The notes under the pieces were generated by a model. It ran no database searches. It was given only the letters and a program-made list of their open reading frames with translations, and had not been told where the DNA came from. Shown here piece after piece: positions 24,490 through 32,000 of a stretch of DNA of 32,000 nucleotides (positions are counted from its first letter, which is position 1; each line of letters starts with the position of its first letter). The stretch is from Pyrobaculum calidifontis JCM 11548. GTDB taxonomy: Archaea; Thermoproteota; Thermoprotei; Thermoproteales; Thermoproteaceae. The stretch is taken from positions 1,170,001 through 1,202,000 of the forward strand of contig NC_009073.1 in the NCBI RefSeq assembly GCF_000015805.1, given 5' to 3'. The position numbers and the translations under genes are program-made.

Positions 24490-25328
24490 GGAAGTCTGGC
24501 GAGAGCCCCGTAGCCCAGCTCGCCTAGGAAGAACTGGGACTGGTCGCAGTTCTCCACCTCTACCTCAGTGCCAGGTGGCAGGGCGGGGTACATGGGCCTC
24601 CTCTCTCTGCACACCTCGCTGAAGCCGAGACCCCACTGCACCACTTTCACCTTCGGCTCCTCTCCCGGCTGTTCTAAGCCTCTCACAGCCCTTATGCAAC
24701 TGGGCAACTCTCCCTCTGGCATGAGGAGGGGCGTGAGCAACACGGCGGCGCCGCTCTTGGGCGGCAGGTAGGGGTCGGGCCTCAGCTCTGGGTCCGCCTC
24801 CACCGCGGCCAGCCGGCCCTCTCCGCCTAGCCTCACCAGGCCCGTGGGCACCACGTCGGCGTCTATGAAGTAGACGGCCTCCACCGGGGCGTAGTAGGTT
24901 GCCCTGTAGAGGTAGCCCTGCGCCGCCGTCTTATGCTCAGTCAACATGAGACCTATTCTCGAGAACTTTGCCACCGGCACACCCCCCGCCGCCTCACCGC
25001 GCTCTCTAGGCGCCCACATGTGCGTCTTAATCCAGCCCTCAGCCGCCGCGCCCACCAGCACTTCGGAACCCCTACGCACCACGGCGAGGGGCCCCCACAC
25101 CCTCCTCACCCCAAGCGCCTTAGCCACCTCCCTAAGCGCCGCAAGCGCGCCCTCCGGCCCCTTCCCCGGGCAGTCTATCTTCACGCCAGCGAGATACCCT
25201 AAGGCGCCCAGCAACGTGGAGGGCTGCGGCACTATCCACACGTCGTCTCTCGTCACCGTCCCCGGCGTAGACAGCGGCCTAGTGCCGTAGTGAGTTGGAC
25301 CCAGAGGCCTAATTCTAACCGCCCTCAT
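24486..25328 (-). CDS. cmr3: Cmr3 (type III-B RAMP subunit)
   Basis: ATG 25328 overlaps the cmr2 stop as ATGA (the track's alternative is GTG 25334). The N-terminus MRAVRIRPLGPTHYGTRPLS...PQPSTLLGALGYLAG and the position after cmr2 are typical of Cmr3. Confidence 0.75.
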   Translation of the reverse strand: MRAVRIRPLGPTHYGTRPLSTPGTVTRDDVWIVPQPSTLLGALGYLAGVKIDCPGKGPEGALAALREVAKALGVRRVWGPLAVVRRGSEVLVGAAAEGWIKTHMWAPRERGEAAGGVPVAKFSRIGLMLTEHKTAAQGYLYRATYYAPVEAVYFIDADVVPTGLVRLGGEGRLAAVEADPELRPDPYLPPKSGAAVLLTPLLMPEGELPSCIRAVRGLEQPGEEPKVKVVQWGLGFSEVCRERRPMYPALPPGTEVEVENCDQSQFFLGELGYGALARLP

Positions 25329-27949
25329 ATCCACGCCCTAAGAGCCTTCAGTAGCTCGACGGCGTTCTTCCACTTCTCCCCGCGCCCATCTACGTAGCAC
25401 GCCGCCTCCACCACCTTGTCGGCGAGCTCCTTCTTGTCCGTGTTTCTGCCTACCAAGTACCGCAGGACGTACTCCACCTCCGCCGCCTCTCCCCACGCCT
25501 CGACGTCGTAGGGCAGATTTCTGCCGAGAGTCCTCCTGGCGTAGGCCTCGGCGATTGCCTTAACGCTCCCCACCGCGCTCACCTTGGTAAACCCCACGTG
25601 GCCCGTAGAGGTGGAGATAGCCAAGGCGTCTTTGCCCGGCACCCTATCCTTCGCCTCGTCGAGCAACTCAGCCGCCTTGTCCACCTCCACAGACATCATG
25701 TCTGTCACCGCGTGGGCAACCCTAAGCGAGTAGCTTCTGCCATATGCGGTGAGGGCGGGGAGGAAGTAGCTCTCCGACAACGAGTGGAAGCCCCCCTCCC
25801 CCCAGTAGTTCTCTCTAGTCTCCTTTACAATGTCAAACGAGGGGGGCTTAGCCGAGAAGGCCAGCAAGTCGTCGCCCCCGGCGAAGACCAGCTCTCCCTG
25901 GCTTTTTTCCACAATGGCGGCGTCGCCTATGGCTGTGACCATAAGCGCCGCAGAAACAGCGGCGTAGTAGGCCGGGCTTGGAACAACTAGGTAGCCCCCA
26001 CCGCAGATGTGCTTCGCGGTCTCGCGCATAGCTCCAAGAACTCTCAACGCGTGCTTCATATCTTTTTCAAACTGTTCCCTGTCTCTCACGACTTCCACGT
26101 CTTGGGGCATCTGCGGCTCCTTAGGCAGACACCCCCTGAGAAGCTTGCCCACGTTGTCCCCATCTGCCCTAATAACGACGTACTCAAGCCCCGGCGTCCA
26201 AGGCTCTTCTCCAGCCCCCTTACACTCGGCCAGCCGCCTATCCGCCGCCTCGGAGGAGCCGAAGACGTCCTCAACATCTTCACCGTCTAAGACTCTCTCC
26301 ACAAGCCCCTTGATCTCTCGACACCTTTCACTGTCGAAATAATGCTTAAGGTAGTAGTAGTTGAGCGCTACCACTTCCACAGAGTCAATGCCAGCTCTCT
26401 TGGCAGATCTGAGGTAGAGCGCCCTCTTTATCAGGTCCACGGGGCCCAGCGCCTCCTTCGGCTTAAACACCTTAGTCAAGTTTGCGTCTTTTTTCTCTTC
26501 AATTCCCAGCGACTTGAGCCAGCTATGTGTCTCGTCGTCGTATGTCAAATTGCCGTCTTTAAACACGCCGCCGAATTTCACCACGGCGGGCTGGCTTGGG
26601 TCAAGGCTACTGTGCATCCAAGTTCCCTTATAGGTCTGAGAGAACCTCGGCCGACCCTCCTTGTCGAACCAGCTGGGGTACTTCGGCAGGGCCCTCCTCT
26701 TTCTCTCGTTGACCATCTCCAACAGCCTGGCAAAGAGAAACCTCCTTAAGTCCCCGCCTAGTAGCTTCTTCACCTCATCGTCTATGCCGAACCTCTCCGT
26801 CGTCCACTTCTCGAGATTTCTCAGACCCTCTTCCACATACGCAACTGCGACTCTGATGGGGAGATAACGTACCGACTCCAGGCCCTTGAGCCCCGCCTCC
26901 ACGACCCTCTTTACGCCATCATCTAGCCCCCCTAGGTCAAAGGGGAGGTTTGGCGCCTCCCCTCCCCTAGCGGCCTCCAACACCTCTTTTAAAACCTCGT
27001 CGAAGTAGGAGTAGGCCTCGTCTTCCCCCTTGCACTCCGGCAGGGCGAGGTAGAGAGTGCCGGGGAACAGCGACGACCTTCTAATCAACCCGTGGAGCCA
27101 TTCGTCCACTGGCAATTGCTGGCTTACGCCGAACTTCTTTCCCACGTAGTAGGACATGGCCCCGGCGTATAGCCCCCACACTCCCTTTACCCTTCTGTCG
27201 AGCTGGGCGTAGAAGAGCGGGTTGAAGCGCGGCGTTGGGGAGAGCAGGATGTCGGGCCCGTGTCTCTCCATAAACCGCCACGCGACGCGCCAGGCCACGA
27301 GGGAGACTAGGAGGCTCCCGGCGCGGTAGTCCCCAGCCTTACGCGCAGACTTCAAGATAGACTGGATGCCCGGCAGATCTACCACCATTAGGCACCCCCC
27401 GCCCCTCGTCCAGTTCAACATAGAGGCGGTGGCGTAGAGGTGGTCGAAGATGGAGTGGGTGGGGACTCTTGTGTCCGCCGGTAGCGTGGGCAGGCCGGCC
27501 TTAATCCACGCCAGCTCGTACGCGGCGTAGAATGCGAAGTAGAGCCACCTCTCGTCGCCCTTCGCCGCCTCCAGCACCCTCCTCACCTCCCCCACGAACT
27601 TCCCCAGCCTCTCCCTAAACTCCTGGGGGGTCGGCTTCTTGATTTCTCTCCGCTCTCGGCCAAAGGGGTTTATCATGTACTTGGCCTTCACCCAGTAGTT
27701 GCCCGGGCTCGGGGGGAGGGCCCACCGGTCAAAAGACGCGGCGAGGCGGTCGGCCTCGGCCACGGCCGCGCTCTCTTCGCTCCCTGGAACTCCGCCGAAG
27801 CCCATGCCCTTGAAAATTTCGTCGAAGAGCTTCGCGGCCTCCTCTTCGTGGCTGTTTTTGTCGTAGACCCGGTAGTCCGCGTCCTCGAACCACAGGGCCT
27901 TGTGCGGCGGGTCGTGGAGTAGTGCAAATGATTTTAAAAACCAGTTCAC
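25325..27949 (-). CDS. cmr2: Cmr2 / Cas10 (type III-B large subunit) with N-terminal HD motif and GGDD cyclase motif
   Basis: GTG start. The N-terminus is FALLHDPPHKALW (HD). The first palm domain is VVIRADGDNVGKLL and the second is ELVFAGGDDLLAF (GGDD). 874 aa. Confidence 0.9.
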   Translation of the reverse strand: MNWFLKSFALLHDPPHKALWFEDADYRVYDKNSHEEEAAKLFDEIFKGMGFGGVPGSEESAAVAEADRLAASFDRWALPPSPGNYWVKAKYMINPFGRERREIKKPTPQEFRERLGKFVGEVRRVLEAAKGDERWLYFAFYAAYELAWIKAGLPTLPADTRVPTHSIFDHLYATASMLNWTRGGGCLMVVDLPGIQSILKSARKAGDYRAGSLLVSLVAWRVAWRFMERHGPDILLSPTPRFNPLFYAQLDRRVKGVWGLYAGAMSYYVGKKFGVSQQLPVDEWLHGLIRRSSLFPGTLYLALPECKGEDEAYSYFDEVLKEVLEAARGGEAPNLPFDLGGLDDGVKRVVEAGLKGLESVRYLPIRVAVAYVEEGLRNLEKWTTERFGIDDEVKKLLGGDLRRFLFARLLEMVNERKRRALPKYPSWFDKEGRPRFSQTYKGTWMHSSLDPSQPAVVKFGGVFKDGNLTYDDETHSWLKSLGIEEKKDANLTKVFKPKEALGPVDLIKRALYLRSAKRAGIDSVEVVALNYYYLKHYFDSERCREIKGLVERVLDGEDVEDVFGSSEAADRRLAECKGAGEEPWTPGLEYVVIRADGDNVGKLLRGCLPKEPQMPQDVEVVRDREQFEKDMKHALRVLGAMRETAKHICGGGYLVVPSPAYYAAVSAALMVTAIGDAAIVEKSQGELVFAGGDDLLAFSAKPPSFDIVKETRENYWGEGGFHSLSESYFLPALTAYGRSYSLRVAHAVTDMMSVEVDKAAELLDEAKDRVPGKDALAISTSTGHVGFTKVSAVGSVKAIAEAYARRTLGRNLPYDVEAWGEAAEVEYVLRYLVGRNTDKKELADKVVEAACYVDGRGEKWKNAVELLKALRAWI

Positions 27950-27981
27950 AAAGCTTAAAACTGTTACATTTTTTATAGTTT
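27950..27981. promoter_or_regulatory. 32-bp bidirectional promoter between cmr2 and cmr4
   Basis: TTAAAA (27955-27960) lies 22-27 nt upstream of cmr4 ATG 27982. CTATAAAAAA on the minus strand (27978-27969) lies about 24 nt upstream of cmr2 GTG 27949. Each TATA-like element sits next to the start codon of the opposite gene. Confidence 0.5.
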
Positions 27982-28902
27982 ATGAACGGCAAATTGATGT
28001 GGATACTGTCGCTCACCTCTCTACACCCAGGCGTGGGTAGGAGCGAGGAGGCCCAGGTGGACCTCCCCGTCCAGCGGGACGAGTTCGGCCTGCCCACAAT
28101 ATGGGCGTCGTCCCTCAAGGGCGCCATTAGGAGCCGGATAGAGAAGACGCTCTTCAACAACGGGGTCTGCGTCGGCGACAAAGGCGAGTGCGCCACCTTC
28201 CTCGCCGCCTTTGGCCCACGCCCCGACGCCGCCCACGAACACGCCTCGGGCGTCGTCTTCCTAGACGCAAAACTCGTGGCAATCCCCGCCAGGTCGCTGA
28301 GGGGGGTATGGCTGTGGGCCACCTCCCCCATGTTGCTGAACTTCGTGAAGCTCTACGCAAAGGCCCTAGGCGTCGATGTACAACTGCCGCAGCCCCCCGC
28401 CGTGAAGGAGGGCCAAGTAGCGCTCACAAGCGGCGACTACGCCATAGACGGCAAACTCGCGGTAATAAACGAGATGGAGTTCGAAGTCGCCACAACCCAA
28501 GCCCCACCCCTCAACCTACCGCCCATCAAGGCCGCAACCCAGATAGTGGGGACGCGAGGCGTGGCGTACCTCCACGACAACGACCTCCTACAGGTAGTGA
28601 AGAGGAGCCTCCTCGTCCAATACCGCGTTAGGCTAAACGAGAAAAAGACAGTAGAGACTGGGCCATGGAGCGAGGAGTACATACCACCATTCACAGTCTT
28701 CGCCTCAGGCATATACTGCGCCAGAAAGCCAGACAAGGTAAAGGTAAAACTCCCCAAGAAAGAGGGGCAAGATCAACACCCAGTGGAGGAGGTCGACGTG
28801 AAGGGAGACCTCTGCCAGTACGTGGCTGGGAAGGCCAGCGGCGTCTTCTGGCTCGGCGGAAAGGAGACTGTGGGAAAGGGCCTGGCGGAGGTGATATGGT
28901 AG
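27982..28902 (+). CDS. cmr4: Cmr4 (type III-B backbone RAMP / target-RNA-cleaving subunit)
   Basis: LTSLHPGVGRSEEAQVDLPVQRDEFGLPTIWASSLKGAIRS carries the Cmr4/Csm3 signature, including the conserved Asp context VDLPVQRD. The C-terminal G-rich loop is LGGKETVGKGL. Confidence 0.88.
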   Translation: MNGKLMWILSLTSLHPGVGRSEEAQVDLPVQRDEFGLPTIWASSLKGAIRSRIEKTLFNNGVCVGDKGECATFLAAFGPRPDAAHEHASGVVFLDAKLVAIPARSLRGVWLWATSPMLLNFVKLYAKALGVDVQLPQPPAVKEGQVALTSGDYAIDGKLAVINEMEFEVATTQAPPLNLPPIKAATQIVGTRGVAYLHDNDLLQVVKRSLLVQYRVRLNEKKTVETGPWSEEYIPPFTVFASGIYCARKPDKVKVKLPKKEGQDQHPVEEVDVKGDLCQYVAGKASGVFWLGGKETVGKGLAEVIW

Positions 28903-29336
28903 ACTGGCTAGAAAAGGCAATCAAGTGCGTAGAGCTTGTAGAGAGGCACTGCGACAATGAGGCAAAAAAGGCGTTTCGGACTAGGGCACGGCAGATGCCC
29001 TCTGAGCTCTACTACGTCGGGGCCCCCTACGCCTTGGCCATCCTAGCGGCTAGGTCCAGCGAGAGGCACATTTTCACAGGCAAGAGCCTGGAGGAGTCCA
29101 TAGCGGCAGTATGCAAGGCGTCGGAATTGGGCAATGAGGATAAGGGGTACGCCGTCTACGGCCTCTGCCTTGTGGATGCGTTGCAGGAGCTGGGGATAAG
29201 GGCCGAGAGCCTCACTTCTACCCTCAGAGAGTTGAACAAGCTTAGAGGCGTGGCCGAGGCCCGCCTAGCCGAGTTCGTAGACTGGGTCAAAAAACTCGCC
29301 GAGGCGAAGTTCGAGCTTGTCAAGCATGAGAGCTGA
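28896..29336 (+). CDS. cmr5: Cmr5 (type III-B small subunit)
   Basis: ATG 28896 overlaps the cmr4 stop, in the frame of track ORF 28665..29336. It is a 146-aa helical protein (MVDWLEKAIKCVELVERH...QMPSELYYVGAPYALAILAAR) between cmr4 and cmr1. Confidence 0.7.
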   Translation: MVDWLEKAIKCVELVERHCDNEAKKAFRTRARQMPSELYYVGAPYALAILAARSSERHIFTGKSLEESIAAVCKASELGNEDKGYAVYGLCLVDALQELGIRAESLTSTLRELNKLRGVAEARLAEFVDWVKKLAEAKFELVKHES

Positions 29337-30375
29337 ATTCGAGGTAACGATAGCGACCCCCCTCTCCGCGGGCTGGTACGACCCCGCCCTAGTGGACAGA
29401 AACTTCTACATCCGCCCCACGGAGATCAAAGGAGTGTGGCGGTGGTGGGCTAGGGCCTTCGCCGCCGGCGCCCTGTACGAGGCGGGTTGCACAGGCCCAG
29501 ACTTCCTCAGGCGGGTACACGAAATTGTGGCAGAGAGACTTGGCCTAGGCTCCACCAAAGCCGCCTCGCGGTACGACCTCACAGTGGAGGTGCTGGAGAG
29601 GCCCAGAGTAGTCGACAGCTCGAGGGAAAATCTCCAGCGATTTAGGCTATTGAATCTTGGCAGAAGAAAGGGAAGACCTGCAGTTGAATATGCGATTGGT
29701 GGGAGATTCAAAATAATTCTAGAGGGTGACGCTGATATCCAATTAGTTGCATCCATATTAGCAGTAGCTCTAACCCTCTCGGGCATAGGCAAGGGAGGCC
29801 GTAAAGCACTTGGGTCTCTTGATATTATCAGAGTCTCTGGGGCCGCACCCCGACGCCCGCTAAATGAAATAATAAACGAGATAAGACGACAAATATCAGT
29901 ACAACGATGTGGGCCTCCTAGGGAACTCCCCAAGATTTCTGCTGTGTCGAATGAGGTATTTGAAGTATACAAAGTGAACGTGGACTTCCATCATCTTCAT
30001 AATATGTTCCTAAGATCAGAAAGAGCTAGAATGGCAAAGTTGTACTACGCCGCACCAGACCCGCTTAATCAAAAGGCATGGTTCCTTGGCCTACCAAGAG
30101 AGCAGAAGGGCACAGGCTATCATATCAACGACATAGAGGTGAAGAGAAGGGCTTCGCCTATCTTTGTTGCGTGGCATTCCATCCAGCATGTATTCGGAGG
30201 CGGAGGCTATATTTCCATATTTCTCTCGCAAGATTGGCCTACTCAACTTACTTGGGTAGGAGAGAGCGGTAGAAAACTAATTCAGATAAATGAACAAACG
30301 CTCCGAGATGCCAAGTCGGCCTTCCTTGCTCTCTTAAACCAATTCGGGTGGAAGCCGCAGAGGGTATGGCCCTAG
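29326..30375 (+). CDS. cmr1: Cmr1 (type III-B RAMP subunit)
   Basis: ATG 29326 overlaps the cmr5 stop (the track's alternative is TTG 29317). FEVTIATPLSAGWYD...IRPTEIKGVWRWWARAF is the Cmr1 signature, and the G-rich loop is SGIGKGGRKALGSL. Confidence 0.8.
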   Translation: MRAEFEVTIATPLSAGWYDPALVDRNFYIRPTEIKGVWRWWARAFAAGALYEAGCTGPDFLRRVHEIVAERLGLGSTKAASRYDLTVEVLERPRVVDSSRENLQRFRLLNLGRRKGRPAVEYAIGGRFKIILEGDADIQLVASILAVALTLSGIGKGGRKALGSLDIIRVSGAAPRRPLNEIINEIRRQISVQRCGPPRELPKISAVSNEVFEVYKVNVDFHHLHNMFLRSERARMAKLYYAAPDPLNQKAWFLGLPREQKGTGYHINDIEVKRRASPIFVAWHSIQHVFGGGGYISIFLSQDWPTQLTWVGESGRKLIQINEQTLRDAKSAFLALLNQFGWKPQRVWP

Positions 30376-31070
30376 CCTGCCTCAGACCGGGCTACAACAT
30401 CTACAGTTGCGTAGTGAGGCACATCATCAGCGCTTACGAGGGCCCCGGGTCTCCAAAGTTCACAGAACTAAGTAATCAAATTACAGTTGAGCTAAAGGAT
30501 GTGAAAATTGACACGGCCCCCATCTCCGCCTACCTGATGTACCTAGAGGAGAAGCTCAAGGGAGGCTCCCTCGTGGCGCGGATAGAGGCAGAGGTGACCA
30601 CCCCCCTCGTCGTCCACGTGAGAAACCCCTACATGCCCCTGGAGATAGGCCTGGCGTGGCACCCCTACTTCAACGCCCCCTACATCCCCGCCACCACCAT
30701 AAAGGGAGCCCTCAGGGCGTACTCCCCGCCCCAGATCTGCGGAAGGCCGGCCGCAGAGGTCTTTGGCACAGTAGGCGACCAAGGCGCACTAATAGTGACA
30801 GACGCCCTCCCCATAACCCCAGACGTGTTGGGCGCCGACGTGATAACCCCCCACTACAAAGAGCCAGACCAGGTAGAAGAACACAAGGTGAGACCGATCC
30901 CCATAGTCTTCCCCGTGGTAAAGCCCGGCGCGAGATTCGCCTTCCACATAGCCTCCACAGAGCTAGAACAGCGGTGCCTCTCCGAGATATGGCCAGCCAT
31001 AGACAGAGCCTTCGCAAAAGGCATAGGAGCAAAGACAAAGATAGGCTATAGCAGACTCAAAAAACTATAA
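30366..31070 (+). CDS. cmr6: Cmr6 (type III-B RAMP subunit)
   Basis: ATG 30366 overlaps the cmr1 stop (the track's alternative is GTG 30348). Motifs: IPATTIKGALRAY, VITPHY and the C-terminal GIGAKTKIGYSRLK G-rich loop. It is shorter (234 aa) than the Cmr6 proteins I remember. Confidence 0.75.
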   Translation: MALACLRPGYNIYSCVVRHIISAYEGPGSPKFTELSNQITVELKDVKIDTAPISAYLMYLEEKLKGGSLVARIEAEVTTPLVVHVRNPYMPLEIGLAWHPYFNAPYIPATTIKGALRAYSPPQICGRPAAEVFGTVGDQGALIVTDALPITPDVLGADVITPHYKEPDQVEEHKVRPIPIVFPVVKPGARFAFHIASTELEQRCLSEIWPAIDRAFAKGIGAKTKIGYSRLKKL

Positions 31071-31094
31071 AAGCATTAGCGTGAGAATCAGACT

Positions 31095-31919
31095 ATGAAA
31101 CTCAAAGTGCAAAACCTTAAGCACATTACCGAGGCTGTGCTGGAAGGCGACAGAATCATCTTATATGGTCCTAATGGCGGGGGCAAGTCCACGCTGATAC
31201 ACACTGTGGCCCTAATCCTTGGGGCCGCTCTCGGAGTAAAGGCCCACGACGAAAATATTATAAACCAAGGGGACTTCCACGACGACACATACGTGAGGTT
31301 TGAAGATTTCGACGTGTTTGAGATCAGACAACGTAAGCTGTGGTGGAGGGGGAGAGCCTACCCCCTCACGGAGCCCCTTAAAGTCGCAGACTTCTCTCTA
31401 TGGCATATAACCGAGTCCTATTTCGCCATATACGGTAGAGTTCCGCAGTGCTTGGGCGACCCCATTGAGGGAGTTCCCTCGGGCGTCATAGGATACAGCT
31501 ACTTTGATATAAGAGTGCTTTGTCCAGCGGCAGCTGAAGCCTCGGAAGACCTTTTTAAAATCTACTACAATGTGGCCGAGATAGGACTCGACGGAGCGAC
31601 GACGTGGACTACGCTGTCCCGCCTCTCCTACGGCCAGAGGAGGGCCATCGTTATCCTCGCCGCCCTCGAGCTCGGCGGTTATGTCTTAATTGAAAACTTG
31701 GAGTCCGGTCTCCACCTCGATTTACTAGTGTATGTGCTTAACGCCGCCTCGGTTTCAAAGGGCAAAGTTATTGCAGAGACCCACAGCGGATTAGCCCTTA
31801 AGCTAGCTGTAAAATACGGTATACAGCCATACTACGTTGAAAGAAGCGTAGAGAAGATAACAAACTTTGACATCAAGTTATTTAAGCGTGAAGCAGAAGT
31901 TTTTTCATCCTTAATATGA
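31095..31919 (+). CDS. Second stand-alone ABC/RecF-like (AAA_15/21-type) ATPase, last gene after cmr6
   Basis: Walker A ILYGPNGGGKSTL, signature LSYGQRRAIVIL, Walker B YVLIENLESGLHLD, and H-loop VIAETHSG. TATA-like CTATAAAAG (31065-31073) overlaps the cmr6 stop about 25 nt upstream of ATG 31095. Confidence 0.8.
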   Translation: MKLKVQNLKHITEAVLEGDRIILYGPNGGGKSTLIHTVALILGAALGVKAHDENIINQGDFHDDTYVRFEDFDVFEIRQRKLWWRGRAYPLTEPLKVADFSLWHITESYFAIYGRVPQCLGDPIEGVPSGVIGYSYFDIRVLCPAAAEASEDLFKIYYNVAEIGLDGATTWTTLSRLSYGQRRAIVILAALELGGYVLIENLESGLHLDLLVYVLNAASVSKGKVIAETHSGLALKLAVKYGIQPYYVERSVEKITNFDIKLFKREAEVFSSLI

Positions 31920-32000
31920 GACTTACTACTAATATAAAAACTCTAAGAGGTCTATCCATCTATATACAAAATAAAAATGTAAACTCTCTAAAATGTAGTG

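Noticed and set aside
1-32000. tRNA, rRNA, RNase P or SRP RNA genes, and transposase/IS elements
   Set aside because: I found no T-arm-like GGTTCGAATCC/GGTTCAAATCC words or conserved RNase P (GAAAGTCC) words, and no transposase-like ORFs or terminal inverted repeats. Absence by eye is not proof.

Overview
This looks like a chromosomal segment from a GC-rich crenarchaeon, probably Thermoproteaceae-like (Pyrobaculum/Thermoproteus). That placement is an inference from three things: AT-rich TATA boxes about 22-27 nt upstream of most start codons (leaderless genes), many 1-20 nt start/stop overlaps, and a 24-nt CRISPR repeat whose reverse complement ends in ATTGAAAG. Layout: (i) 1-5.5 kb holds housekeeping genes: a partial M20 peptidase, an HtrA-like protease, SppA, an EamA transporter, a small molybdopterin oxidoreductase, a His-rich NifX-like protein and an SDR. 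(ii) 5.5-6.2 kb is a long ORF-free gap with a candidate C/D box sRNA. (iii) 6.8-15.1 kb is a complete type I-A CRISPR-Cas system. Its interference operon is csa5-cas7-cas5a-(cas8a-position gene)-cas3'-cas3'' on the minus strand, followed by csa3 and the adaptation operon csa1-cas1-cas2-cas4 on the plus strand. (iv) Two CRISPR arrays share one repeat (9 and 36 repeat copies). Both are read on the minus strand, each has a copy of a duplicated ~300-bp leader, and cas6 lies between them. (v) 21-32 kb is a type III-B (Cmr) module with csx1 and a CARF-only protein. The cmr genes are split into two divergent operons (cmr2-cmr3 and cmr4-cmr5-cmr1-cmr6) around a 32-bp intergenic region. Each operon ends in a small stand-alone ABC/RecF-type ATPase. 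These paired ATPases are my best candidate for an undescribed component. All calls rest on my own reading of motifs in the supplied ORF translations and the sequence. No database search was run, so family names are motif-level assignments.
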